This document shows, in pieces, positions 38,381 through 52,482 of a stretch of DNA of 64,000 nucleotides. Position numbers and translations under genes: made by a program. The stretch comes from Rhizophagus irregularis. Lineage: Eukaryota. Each line of letters opens with the position of its first letter. Positions within the stretch are counted from its first letter, which is position 1. The notes under the pieces are model-generated. The model was not told where the DNA came from. It saw only the letters and a program-made list of their open reading frames with translations, and ran no database searches. The stretch is taken from contig NC_089432.1 in NCBI RefSeq assembly GCF_026210795.1, forward strand, positions 124,001 through 188,000, given 5' to 3'.

Positions 38381-39429
38381 ATTCTTGCAAAGAAAAATGA
38401 GATTTATAACGTAGTATATAAACATAACAAAACATTATTTCTTAATATAATTATATCAATAATTAATATATTTTATTTTTTTACAAGATCATATAGTATG
38501 CTATAAAGTACATTTTTATTCAAAAAAATAATAATCGTCATTTTATCAATTACAATTAACATTTAAGTGAGGATTCTTGCTTTTTGAAAATTTATCCAAG
38601 ATCCAACCATTTTTAATAATAACCATCTTTGAACGTTACCAAATAATATTTGTTCATTACGTACTTTTCTCACACAGACTAATTAATAATATTTTATTAT
38701 GAACAGATTTTTCATGTTACACGGATCAATTTTTTTTTAATTTATTTTTAACGTAAATCGGAGTATCAGAAGATATCACATTTCGCATCGAGCAGATGCT
38801 GGGTTAATACTCTAAGTTCATTCATAACTTGAAAATTGTTTTCGTTCTCATGATCACAAGTAATATTATCGGTTTGGGTTCCATTATCTATAACATATGC
38901 AAACTGGAAATAATTGGAATGAAATACATTTGGGAGCGCAATAATTTTTTATTATTCATATTAAATTTGTTGCGTCTATTTAATGAATTCCTAATTTATG
39001 CCTTAGATACGACTTAATTCGATCAGACTTCCTGGAAATCATGTATTTATAGTCGGAATGGAACATTTTATTAGATATAGTTTTGCGCAAAAAAAACTTT
39101 GCACGCAAAAATACACTTATAGATATTATTAGCTGCTGATACTTTAAAATGTTACACAGTATATTCGGACAACGCATAAATCGATATTTTACCTTAATAA
39201 TGCATCAATAAAGTAAATTTTGTATCACTTTATAGTCAAATAAAATCACGTGCGCGTGAGCATATACCATATTGTATATATATATAAAAAAGCTGGAAAT
39301 TAACACATTAATTTATTAATTATTGCACTATTATCATTCTTCATTGACAACAACACTAATTGTAAATAACATAATGATTTTTCTCTTGATATTGGTATTA
39401 AACTAAACTAATTCCCATTCGATAAATAC

Positions 39430-41700
39430 TTAAATCAATGGCTCAGAACTAAGTGATCCGGTGCATGGTGATGCTGGATATGGTCGTTCATCATTCACTT
39501 CAGCACATTCATTCTTTGCCTTTTATGTCTCGAGGTCTCTTTCGGCGCCCGGCTGTCCCATGCGACCCATTTTTCGCCTCTCTCCAGACCTTCTTTTCAT
39601 ATTTTTTCGAGAAGCTGTTGCCAAACTTGTACTCTCGCCAAACATTTTCAGATTCATCAAAGTAAACAACATATAGTTTTTAAAAGTTACCTGACGACGG
39701 ATATCACATTAATACCTCCGAAAGCTTGGTCAAAGATTACGTTCCAAATGTGACAATTGAACCAAGCTTCCAGTTTTGTGTCTTACATGCTCCCACCTTG
39801 AATTTCTCGAACTCTGTGAATAATTTATTAAAGCTCTTTAGATGCATCGTGACCGACTAAATTTATTTATTATTTCAAAGGACAAAAATACTTACAATGA
39901 ATGAAGTGCATAGATTATATAATCCTTATCGTGGTGGTTTTCATGATCATAATTGTTACCAAACACCTTTGACTTTTTGGTCTCACGAATCTCATTCAAG
40001 TTAGTCTACGATAGGAAAAGGGATTGGTGATTTTGTTTCAATACACCTGTGTCATTAACATGTAAATGAATTATTACCTTGCCAACGAATTCGTATAAAA
40101 ATTCAGCGATTTGATCTGGGAGATCAGGTACGTGAGGGCCGGCGGCAAATAATTTCGTCAAGTTCTGTGTCACTGAAATGCGATGAAGTTAATTCATCGT
40201 CGACGTCTATAATAAACGAATGGATAGCGGATCCGTGTTAAAAACAACGATTTTGGATTATAGCACTAAGAAAAAGGAATAAGACCACAGTTTAATAAAC
40301 TTATTCCTACAAGAACATGTTCTCATGCATTAATACTAACTACTCGAAATCCAGTTCTTGTTTCTTTTTCGACGAATCTTCCAGTCGAAAGTTTCCACAT
40401 CCATTGACTTCAAGGCTGTACCAATTTCCTCTCGATTTTACTTGCTTAGTCTAAATGGTCCTACCTAGACAGGAAAAGCATAAATTTTGTTATTCGTAAA
40501 AAAAATGTTTAAAAATAACCAATGAAGATTTACTTTGTTTTCCTTCGACACTTTGGTCACTTTCTTCGCCTCTTCACCACTGGTCGCATCCTTCACCTCT
40601 TCTTGGCCTTGACTATCAATTGCCTCCTTCAAGAGAGAATAGTAAACATTTACAGCGAACAACACCTACCAGATATAATTTACCCGTGTATCGAGATCAA
40701 TCATCATATGAACATCGTGACAACTAAAACAATCCATACTAACGTGAAGTCCATACCTCATCCTCCTTGTTTGTTTTGTTGCCTGTCAGCCTGTGATTTC
40801 TGTTGCTTGGAAGAAATTATCAACCTCATTATTCCAATCCTATGAAAGAATGAAATCAATATCACAAACTAGGGATTTCTGGTTCATTCAATCATTTGTT
40901 TTTGCGGTTTGAAAATCTTCTCGCGTTTTATTCGTTAAAATTACCTTTGCTAAATAAAGAAATTAAGAATACTTCATCCATAGCTCAATGATGCAATAAC
41001 TTTCATACTTACTTTTGCCCTGATCTTCTTACATTTAATAACGTATCCCGATGATTTTCGAACATTTCGCTTGCTGATAAAATCATTTGAAAGTAAATTA
41101 GCCAAATTGATTGGATTAATGGAAGGAACTATGAGCAAACATAATGAATAATAGAAACATACTTCTATTTTTACAATGATATCACGGACATATTGCATGA
41201 CATTATTTTTAGTGTCTTTGGCTGAAATGATGTCAAAACGATTCCGATTATACATATCTAACACTTGTTTTGGTGTTGTCGAATGACTTTCGTTGTATAT
41301 GAATTTTACAAAAATGCTGACATTATTCCACTTTGACAAGCATGTCTTAGCGAAAAACTGGTTGATATTAGAGTGAGGCATGCAAAGGTCTGTGTCCAAT
41401 CTGAATTTGAATTTTGTCTATTTGTTCTTTAGAAAGAGTAAATTGATTAACAAACAGTAACAACAGTCCCACAAAAAATACTCTTTTGCAGCCCCCATCC
41501 AAGTTCAGGTTATTCAGTCACAAACACGCGGTTGAGCACATGAAGTTCGCAAGCAATCATTAACATATTCACCCTTTCCCACCCTTTCGTGTTGAATGAT
41601 CAGGGAGAAGAGTATAATCTCTTGAGACACAGACCGACACTCCCAGAAATAGGCTCTTTCGGCAAACCTCTCCTCTTACACGTGTGTTGAACACGGAAGA
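39430..41700 (-). pseudogene. Degraded multi-exon gene of unknown function
   Basis: Higher GC, coding-like minus-strand segments (ORFs 40974-41399 and 40465-40665) with splice-like ctac/ttac boundaries; stops and frameshifts; family not recognised. Confidence 0.35.
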
Positions 41701-44119
41701 TTTGCAAGTAAACCCTGGGGCATTAGTATCAGCATCCTTTCTTTCTAACCAGGAATACCGCCCTTCGTGTTGAACTTACAGACAGGTTTGGTGGTTCCCA
41801 TGCAACAAAAGAGGCGCGTGTACGTGAAAACAGATACTAATATCAATATTAACGAATACTTAACCGTGAATCGAAAACGGGATATAATTTTTTTGAATGG
41901 ATTATTTATACGAAAAATTGAGTCACACAGATTGAATCATGTACTTATGTAATCATGATACTCGTCGATCAGATGATCAATTTTGCGATCAGGTCACATG
42001 CATATGATAAAAAATGTGCTAGATTCCATTTACGCCTCTATTGCTATCGTGCTTTTATCTGGAAACTTAAAAGAATGGCAATTAATATAAGCATTAAATT
42101 TTCGATGCAAATGCCCGAACTGGCCAAATTTTATTGATTTATCAGATAAATAACTAACCAGAGATAGAGATTGAAATAATATATGATGCTATCAAAGAGG
42201 GAGGGAGTACGCGCCATTTAATTCTTTACTCTCTCAGATTTCTTATAAATTTGTATACCAATTGATTTTTTCCTATCCCTATTGCTAGTTACAAAATTCT
42301 TATCTCCACACTCTTTTATTACAATAGATTTCCTAAATAAATTATCCCACACCTATCTATATTACTCCCACTCGCACAGACTATGAGAAAGGGTTATTTC
42401 ACATAAGAGAACTTCTGAATTTAAGAAATTTCGAAACTAAGAATAAATTTAATGACCTGATTGTCGGGATGCAATCATATTAACGTAATTTCCCCGAAGC
42501 GTATTCCAAAATCGATTCTGCAAATTATATAAAAAGGTGATGACCCGGTTAAATGAACCCTTTTATCCGCCTTGTGCAAGTGAAAAAAGCGAAAAATTAA
42601 GCGAAAAATTCAAACTTACCATAATTTACATCATCGAAAATTATCAAACGAACGAGTATATTCTTCAAAAGAATAAAGAAAGGTCAGTAACACTTTGGTT
42701 TGGTTCTAGATAAATGTTATCACGATGTTAATCAATTTTTCTTGCTTTACAGATGTACAAAGTCAAAGCGGATATATTACCATTCTTGATCCTTTCTGCG
42801 CCAGTGATTGCCAGCACATGTCTTATCGGCGCAGTGAAATATTACAGAGAAAAAAATCACATGACTGTAATTTCTACCTATATAAAGTCATAAATAAATA
42901 AATAAATTTTTGAAATGTAAAATGATTCGAATCTCAACCGGATCATGTGATAAAAATATCTATTATTCTTTTTTTAAAAAAACAAATTAATCATTTAACG
43001 GAAATATCTAAATAAATTAATTAAAAAATTAAAATGAAAAAGGTGTTAGTCGTATAAACTGTGTTACATTTATTTGCAATAAATTTCCTGATCAATTTAC
43101 ATTCGAATCTACATGGAATATTCGAATCTATTCGAATCATATTCGAATATTCTAATTTCAAACGGAAGCTCTAGATAAGACTGTGGTTAAGACTATGCCT
43201 GGCAATAAAAAACTGATACACACTTATTATAACGAGTTAACCAACAAATTTCTTGGAATATGTAGTACATAACGAACACTTGTACATCAAAGATTTTTAT
43301 TCGGATTTGATCTCCAATGATCATCACTTCTATTACGTCATAGTAAAGGGTATATATATATATATCCTTGCTCCAAATTTTTACTCTAATTTTTATTTTC
43401 AAACTCTCAACCACTTTTGTGTTTGAAATGAAAACGAACTTTTTTTCAGATAATTTGGATTGGACGCTTTTGAACTTTTTTCGCTTTCGTCAAAAGGAAG
43501 AAAACTGGACAGCTGATAAGAGAAGAGAACACCAAATGCTTGAGCATGATTATGGGGAATGAGGAAGCTGTTCTAGGTCAGGTTGTTGATGAACTATCGT
43601 GTTCGATGTTGGCCACCTTTTACTTTCGTTTTAATATTATTTTGTGCAACACTCTGAACGGATCATTATTGATCTATACGCGCTCGATATGACTGTTCTA
43701 GGTTGAGCGCTAATACTACTATATTATGGGTTGATCTACATATTAATCATATTAATCTTTATTATGTTAAGATGAAGCCAATAAAGCCACAAATTCTCCT
43801 CTCAGAATCATATCAAGAAGCGGAGCATTCGTCTCCTCTAGATCAACAAAATATACATAATTACGAATTTGATTTCGAATGGTACTATTAGCCGTCCATT
43901 TTCTTTTATTTTCTCCTGTAGCTGTAAAGAAAAATCCATAAGAATAATATAATGAAATATAGCTAATTACAGAAACAAGTTTTCATCTTAATTTCTTCGT
44001 TCGTGATAGGTCTTTTTCTCTTGAGCTCTAATGGAGAGTAAGAAACATATTAACGAATGTGATGATGAAAATATGTATCATTGTTTCGACTGTAAATTCC
44101 TTGTTCAAGAGGTAAACCA

Positions 44120-44400
44120 TTGGGAGACGCTTAGGAAGTAGGACTGCGATGATGATATGAACGTGTTTAATTGGAGGTTTATCTGGAAAATAATCACTTA
44201 TAAACACATCCGCTGGATTCATAAATTTGGCTTTAAGTTCATCACGTTTTCGTTCAATATCCTCTACATCTTTAACCTTGCCTTCATCATCGGTATTAAT
44301 TTCAACCTTATAAAGGTTCATAACATCAGGATCATCAATACCAAATTTAGCTTTTTTACTTAGACAAGATATGACTTTTAAATTGTCCAACTTGGGCATC
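44120..44400 (-). pseudogene. Crinkler (CRN) effector N-terminal ubiquitin-like domain fragment
   Basis: IDDPDVMNLYKV (LWKV-like) and ISDYFPDKPPIKHVHIII (HVLV-like) motifs; canonical start and C-terminal domain not found. Confidence 0.7.
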
Positions 44401-45249
44401 GCGAATGGGGACGTTGTTATCATCAGGGGTAATATATTCAGGAACGGTAACCTGGAAAATTCTTTCAAAGGAAGTTTCGCCCAGAAGTAAACAATTTAAT
44501 TAAAACGACATTTTGGGGATAATTCTGCGAATGATAAATTGAGGATAGTTTATGTCAGAGTCTATGTCACGATGTATTCATAAAAGCATATATAAATCCT
44601 AAACTCAACCTTTCCTCTAAACTTTTGATAGCTTGTAGTGACGCAATACAGCAAATAATAGATACTTTGACAAATATTAATAAGCATAGTAAAAAAAGTA
44701 GTTTATCAGTACACGAAAAAAATGATTAATACGGTTTTATCATTACTCATAAGATTTTGATTCTCCGATGAACTAAAGAAGCGAAAAATTATTGATGTCC
44801 GGACGAGACAATTAAGGTTACACCTTTTTCAGTTGTGGCAAGGAAACGATTCCAGGACTTGCAAACTAATGATATTTTCTCGTATAGATTTCTGAGGGCT
44901 TTATATTAGAATCACAAATTGTAAACAACATAAAATTTCGGCGTAAGGTTAATGTTACTATTACATTCCGACACTGCATATCTCATACATACCGTTTTTA
45001 TTTTATCCAGAATATCGATAATTAGGACAATGAAACCGGGACCATGGAATGGGATAATGTGTATTAGGCAAGCGAAAAATTGGTGTGGTCTGCAGACATT
45101 AGTATAGAAACGCCATTTCACTTTGTAAGACAAGTTTATGTATTACCGAATAATTCCGACCGTGACATTTTGTCATTCAACGAGTTTCTTAGCAGTATGT
45201 ATATATACTAACGAACTTTTGAATATTTTATATCTTCTATAAAATATTA

Positions 45250-46570
45250 TCGGTCATATCGTCAAAGCTTGAATTATTGGAACAACGCATTGCCGACCTT
45301 GAGGCTGAGAACGCTAAGATTAAGGAGGAATATGATGATCTTGAATCTGAGTATCTCGAGATTAAGGATGATAATGCCTCGCTTGAAACTGAAAAAAACG
45401 AGCTTAAGGGTGGGAATGCTGAGCTTAAGAACGAAATGCGAAATTGAGACGGATTATTGAGGAGAATGCCAGGCGTGATGCCGAGAATGCCGAGCACAAG
45501 GTCAGAATCGAGGAATTGGAGAAAAATAGTGCAGATATTTCAGCCGAGAATTCTGAGCTTAAAGTTGAATTAGTCAAATTAAGACATGATTTCGATTCCT
45601 CCAACCTCACTCAGCAACCCCAGCACGTTAATAACTCACGCTCGGTCGGAAAAGAGAAAACAGCTGTACCACAGCCAGATGCTTCGCATTATATATCTGA
45701 TCCCGTAATAGACCAGCCCATAAATGGAACATCTAGATCAAGTCAATGGAGAAAGGGTGACGGACACTTTCTTAGATGAGGTGTATAAGAAAAGGGTTAG
45801 CGATGAGATTAGGCAGAGGAATAGAGAAAAGAAATTATTGCGTGAATTAGCTACCCAGGACTTATCTTCTGTAACTCAGGACAAAATCTCAATCACATAA
45901 GAAGAGGGAAGCGGAAAATATTGTATCACGGCTATTTCGGTACCTGAGAAAATCATATGGCTGAAATTTCCGTGACGGCCCTTCACGAAAATTCTGATAC
46001 AGATAATCCCCAAATATATTACAAAATCTAGCCTTCTTAATCCAAGAAGCATGGATGCGAAAGCTGAAGCCATTCAAGCTAATCAAAAAGAATTTTTGTG
46101 TTGACGTTCCTATATTGTAGAATTCGATATAAAAGACAATAGAGTTTACGTTCGAATATAAAGTTTGCGAGAAAAAAGCAAAAGGTATGATTTATGACAA
46201 TCTTATTAGACTCCTTCCTCCTGATAATAAACGAGAAGCATTACGCAAACAAATTCAAAGAGCCAGAAAGATTTATGGGTTTTTCGAAAAAATAGGAATT
46301 GATAAAATCAAGTATATCGGAATTATCTGATAGCCAGTTCAAACTATTATGATCGATCATTTCTCCAAGAATCCATTACCCGAAGATCAGGATGACGATT
46401 TCTTAGTAAGCATATCAACCGCTATTCCTTTAACCCAAGTCTCTAGTTCTTTAGATGATTTTTTTGGAATCGGTCCAGAGAATTCACCTGCATCATCACA
46501 TCCACTAATTCCTATTCCTCATGTATTAATAAAAATTTTCTTGGCAAAAGAAATCTGCGTTCCAAATTAG
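45250..46570 (+). pseudogene. Frameshifted coiled-coil protein of a Glomeromycota repetitive family
   Basis: LELLEQRIADLEAENAK, RRIIEENARRDAENAE, FLDEVYKKRVSDEIRQRNREKKL, ALRKQIQRARKIYGFFEKIGIDKIKYI across shifting frames. Confidence 0.6.
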
Positions 46571-46572
46571 AT

Positions 46573-46658
46573 GGGTTGGGAGTGCGGGTGGGTGTGGGAG
46601 TGTGGGTTGGATGCGGGTTGGGAGTGCGGGTGGGTGTGGGTGTGTGGGTTGGGAGTGT
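46573..46658 (+). repeat. G/T-rich tract with 13 GGG runs (G-quadruplex potential)
   Basis: gggttgggagtgcgggtgggtgtggg occurs twice, plus further runs. Confidence 0.8.
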
Positions 46659-47341
46659 GAACGGACACGTGACTTTTTTAGGTTGTGACCAAATGTCACG
46701 ATCAAGATAAAGTAACAGATGCGGAAAAGTGGTATTTCATGGGATGCATTGTGAAAGAAACCATTGTTTAAGTTGTCGAAACTCTTATACAGTATAAAAG
46801 ATGAGGATATGAAAGAGAAGATGGAAGGCCCTCGGCCGTATTATTTATCGAGGGGAATGAGAGGGATAAAGTCATTGAGTAATCTGGAAGAATAGTAACT
46901 TCATCATGTATCACGAACAACAAAGTCTCCAACTCATTTTTATTTTTTTTGCATAAAAAATTTTTTAGCACATCGTGACAAAATGTCATGGTTTTTTATA
47001 ACCTAAAATTTATTGGTATTTTTTCGAGTTGTGAACATTTACCACATGACATCAGACAAAACTTCATATGTAACATCCGCAGTGGACAGGGCGCTATTTC
47101 GACGTTTTTTATTTTATTTATTTAGATGATTCATTTATAAAAATAAAGAACTTGCTTTGAATTTTTTATATGAAGAAATTTGCAATTTTATTAATATATT
47201 ATAAAATTAGATTTAAATTTTACATATTAATCGGTTTGGAGATCTAAGTATTTGGTTAACAGTATGACTACTAGAATCCATACTTCCTGCTTCACTATCA
47301 GATTATGAGATGACGCCATTCCTTCAGTATAATTATTCGTT

Positions 47342-48429
47342 TTATCCCTTCCGATTGAGATTTTTTATCATATATGATAGAGATTCATCATAGAAAATAG
47401 CATTATTTGCGTCTGGAAATTTCCATAAAGATATAATTTTCTGTGTTCCAAAAGTATCAATAACATATCCCTTGGTTCGTGCAAACCTGGTATACAATTC
47501 GTATAAATAACATCACTTTTTGGATACAGCTATAAATGCTCTACTTTTATCTTCCTTATTTATTAGTTCGTTGGTCATTATGTTCATTTCTGCATGTAAT
47601 TTTACAGTTTGTTTAAGGTCTGCACTTTCCAGCTGTATACTTTTGCCGTATACACGTCTTAGAGAATCCTTCTTATTATTACTATTCAAACATGCTTCCC
47701 TGAAATTTTCATACTCTTTATGATCAGTAATAAATTTTTGATAACATCTTCCCAGGAAATTATGGACTACTCGGTCATAGTAGGCTCCAATAAATGCACT
47801 TCCATATGAGAAAATAGAATTTATATTTTGCATTACATGCACAACTTATAATTTTGTTACATATCCTAGAAATTTTTTCAAATACTACGGAGTTGCAGGA
47901 TTTTCAAGATCTTTGTATTGCTCTCTTTGATTTTTATAATATTCGAAACAAGTTATTGATAAATCGTAAATATTAATTTTATCCATATTCTTAATGTCAA
48001 TTAAAGCATAATATACAATGATTTAATATGCTGTTTGTGTCGACCATGTTTTATATCATCCTTGAGTTTATCAAATCTAGATTCAAGCTTAACAGTAAAG
48101 CACGTCATTACTTCGCTTGATAAAGGCTGCCACTTCCAATGATATGGGAGCAGTTTCAGGTATTTTTTTAGGTAATTTTTGATTCTGTCAATATATGTGA
48201 AATCATTTTCGAACCATTTATCGTTTTTAGCCATGTAAATATTACAGCCATTAGTTGAAACTTTCAGCATTACCGCCACCATTTCTTTGTCTCTTGTTAG
48301 TAATGTTGCCAAGCTACTAGAAAATTCGTCGTTCTTCGTCAGCCTAGTGATTTTGCCACTTGCTTCGTCTTTGATACCACTAGCAGCACATATTTTGCTG
48401 TATAATTCTTTTTCTCTCTCAAGCATCAT
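47342..48429 (-). pseudogene. OTT_1508-like nucleic-acid deaminase pseudogene
   Basis: LATLLTRDKEMVAV...IYMAKN N-terminus; LHAEMNI; IAVSKK*CYLY (CxxC disrupted); GTQKIISLWKFP; frameshifts. Confidence 0.75.
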
Positions 48430-49413
48430 TAACTTTTTTGTCTCGTTTTTTGCCTTAATTTTTTTTGCATCGACTCATAATTATATACATATAAAATCAA
48501 TATTGAACTAGTTTATTAATTTGTTTATTACTAAATTAGTGTTAAGATTTTATTTAAATATCAAATATATTTAAATATAATTAGTAATTGTATTGTGATT
48601 TTTTAAGTATTGGAAAAATATTAATTTAGTAAATATGATAATAACTTATTAAAAATTATTTTATTGACTTATTATTAATAAAATCATAATTACTTTTCAA
48701 TAAATCATTACAAATACCTACATTTGATATGGAACTAATAGGAATTAAATCACAATGGTTTTCTAATTTTAAGTATGGACATCCAACTTTTGAGTTTCCA
48801 GGCATAATTCAAAGTAATCATACCATTGTATTAAGGTAAATTCAAGATTTAAAAGTTTTACTAAATATAAAACTTTATCCCAATATGTGTCTTCATAATT
48901 TCCTTGATAATCTACATCCATAATTATTTCAGCATTTGAAAACCATAGTTTCTGATGAAATTCTGACGCTGTATATATTTTCACTCCACTAAAATAAAGC
49001 GATTAAATTGATTAAATTACAATTTAATTTTTATTTTCTACTGTGTGATTTAACCATACACATCCGGGAATATCCAATCCAAAGCTTATTTTTTTTTTTG
49101 TTCTAATGGTCTAGACGGCTGCATGAATCTACAAAAGAGATCATCAAATACTTTAATATTACCTACTGCACGGCGGCTAATCTGCTATTACCGATCATAA
49201 TAGGGTATTACAATTTTTAAGGAAATTTATTTCATGCAATTGGTATTATTTTATAAGCATCAATTAGAAAATTTTTTTTTTAGTATAATTTATATTAATT
49301 AATTTGGAAAGAATTGTATTAAATCACAAATTTTATCTTCAGCTCCCGTTTCTATTCATGCACGATGCAGGGAGTGCTTGAAAATGTAAGTATGACGTAA
49401 TTTGCTATTTTTA

Positions 49414-49664
49414 CAGAACCCCAGTCATGGCAAAAAAAAAGTTGCAGTCACGTGACTGCACTTTTTTCATCACAACCGTCACACCCTACCGCATTTCCAC
49501 TTTTTATATTTATCTGAGAGACTTAGTTTTTTTCAAGTAAGTAAAAACTTATTCGTCACACCCTTATTCGTCACTGTTTATTTTCACATGTTAGTGCATA
49601 ACTCCGTAATGCGGGCCAAATGTCACGTGACTGCAACTTTTTTTTTGCCATGACTGGGGTACTT
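49414..49664. mobile_element. MITE with ~40-bp TIRs and 9-10-bp TSD
   Basis: accccagtcatggcaaaaaaaaagttgcagtcacgtgac vs its reverse complement ending 49660; ctattttta(c) at 49405 and 49665. Confidence 0.88.
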
Positions 49665-49806
49665 CTATTTTTACTATTCAATCATGAAAATGATCGACAA
49701 TATGCTTGTATGATGTATTATGGTAGTAATACATCGTACATACATAAAAAAGCTTAAATTCCTTTTTTCCACTTTATTTATTATTATAATATTTGATAAG
49801 ACTAAA

Positions 49807-51970
49807 ATGCAAGTTGTTAAGAATTCGAATGAATGGTTTGAAGAATTTATTTCTAAAAATTATATAAAATATCATGAATATAAAGATTTTCACAATATTA
49901 AAAAAATTGGAACTGGAACTCCTCTCAGAAAAGTTTATCAAAAATATTTTGTGTTAAAATTGGTTAATATTAACAATATCACTATAAAAGAAATCATTAA
50001 TGAGGTAATTAAAAATATAATAATAAATGATATATTATTTTTATTTATATTATTTAATGTTTACATATCTGTTTACATTTTTAATTTAGCTTGAATTTCA
50101 TTGTAAAGTCAATTCTGAGAACATCATCCGCTTTTTTGGAATTACAAGCGAAGGTAATTCTAAAAGAAAGAGAAGGGTATTTATGGTCATTGCTTTAAAT
50201 TAATAAAATTAATTATTTTTAAAATTAGAAAATCAAAATAGTCAGTTGGAAAGATATTTTTTATTTATGGAGCATGCTGATAATAATTCTCTTCAAAATT
50301 ATTTGAAAGAAAATTTTAAGATTCTTACGTGGGGAGACAAATGCAAATTAGCATACCAATTAGTATGTGCTGTATCATACTTACACAATGAAGAAATTGT
50401 AAATCGTAATTTGGTAATTTATTTAATTTATTTTATATATATAAATATTTATTATATTACTTATTTGTCTATATTTAATTTATAGCATTCTGATAATATA
50501 TTGATTCATCGGCATACTATTAAATTGGCTGATTTTGGACTATCAAAAGGAATCAAAAAAGTATCTGGACAAAGAGAATCAGACTTATTTGTTAATATTC
50601 CTTACGTTGATCCTAAAAAGTTCGTTGATAGTATCAATTTAAAACAATCATACTCTTTAAACAAAAAGAGTGATGTTTACAGTATTGGAGTGCTTTTATG
50701 GGAGATTTCAAGTGGTCGACCACCATTTAAAGATGAATTTTATGATGTTACTTTAGCAACACGAATTATACATGGTTATAGAGAAATAATTGTCCCTAAT
50801 ACTCCTGTTGATTATTCTAATATTTATACTGGTAATTATATTTTTAATTTCATTTTTATTTTGTTATTAATTTGAGAACTCATTTTATTTACATTTTTTT
50901 ATATAGAGTGTTGGAATTATGACCCAGATAATAGACCAGATATGAATCAAGTAGTTGTTAAATTAGAAGAAATTATTACCCTAACGGAAGACCATCACAT
51001 ATCACCTATTAATGATAATTCATTATATGAAAATTTTATTCATAATTTCAATAAAATAATTATAAAAGAAATGGAACCTTACATAATTCAAAATATTAAT
51101 GAAAATGTTTTTGAAGAAGATTTAAGCGTTATGATTGATGAATTAATTGAACTTTATCTTAAGGAGCTAAATATTGGAAAAGAAACAAATGTTAGAAAAC
51201 AACTTGTTCTCAATTATTTTAAAAATTACAAGATAAATTTACAAGAAATCTACAATTGGCTTTTAAATAATCAAAATAATTCAAATTCTATTTATTTACT
51301 CGGATATTTTAATTATCATGGGATTGAAACTAATATTAATAAGAAAAAAGCATTTGAATTATATAAAAAGGCAGGAGAGTTAGAAAATGTTGTAGCTCAA
51401 TATTATCTTACTATTATGTATATGGATGGAGAAGGTGTTGATAAAAATTATGAAAAATCTTTTGAATTATCTAAAAAATTAACAGAAAGAAAATATCCAT
51501 GTGGAATAAATTCATTAGGTTATTGTTATTATTGTGAAATCGGAACTAATGTTGATATACATAAGGCATTTGAATTATATAAAATGGCAGCAAATTTAGG
51601 TAATCTTAGAGCTCAATGTAATCTTGCTTTAATGTATAGAGATGGTGAAGGTGTTGAAATTAATTACAATAAAGTTTTTGAATTATCTAAAAAATCTGCA
51701 GATGGTGAATATTCGGGTGGAATGAATATGTTAGGATATTGTTATAGTATTGGAATTGGAACTAATATCAATCAACAAAAAGCATTTGAATTATATAAAA
51801 AAGCTGCATATATAGGTTATAATGTAGCTCAATATAATCTTGCCACAATGTATGAATATGGAAATGGTATTAAGGAAGATAAAGATAAAGCAATTTATTG
51901 GTACAAAAAATCTCTTGATCAAGGATACCAAAAGTCTCAGAATAAGTTAAACAAACTTTTAAAAGAATGA
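49807..51970 (+). CDS. TKL-type (pseudo)kinase + SEL1-repeat protein, 5 exons, ~618 aa
   Basis: Exons 49807-50004, 50090-50153, 50229-50413, 50486-50831, 50907-51970 (1857 nt, open); KLADFGLS, SDVYSIGVLLWEI, CWNYDPDNRP; HRD replaced by NRN; SEL1 repeats AQYNLA.MY..G.G. Confidence 0.88.
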
Positions 51971-52275
51971 TATTAGTTTGTACAAGATCTACTATATATT
52001 TTACTGATTAATAAAACACTCATTTAAATATTTAATAGTTTATAAGTGAAACTATAAAATAAATTTTAACAAAATATATAAAATTTTCATATAGGTTACG
52101 CCAGGATTAGAATCACGTGACATCATCGATTTGATTGGTCAGTTATATTATATCATGATTTGATAATATCGGAGGGTTTCGCCAATATCGGAAAGTTTCG
52201 GAGAATTTGGCTCGAAAAATAAAAAGTTTCTACTATAGATTTTTGTTTGCTCACATTAAACTATAAAAATTTAAC

Positions 52276-52385
52276 AATGAATCTGTCGGACCATCATTAG
52301 TAAAAAAAAATAATGAATCTGTCGGACCATTATTAGTAAAAAAAAAAATAATGAATCTGTCGGACCATTTATTAATAAAAAAAAT
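52276..52385. repeat. 3 x ~37-bp tandem repeat
   Basis: aatgaatctgtcggaccat(c/t)attagtaaaaaaaa repeated upstream of the 52483 gene. Confidence 0.85.
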
Positions 52386-52482
52386 ACTTTTAATGATCGA
52401 CACATGCAAAAATCATCCGATCGATAATTAGTAAGCAATCATGTTACATAAATACTTAAGTTGTTGTAATTATCTATCGACA

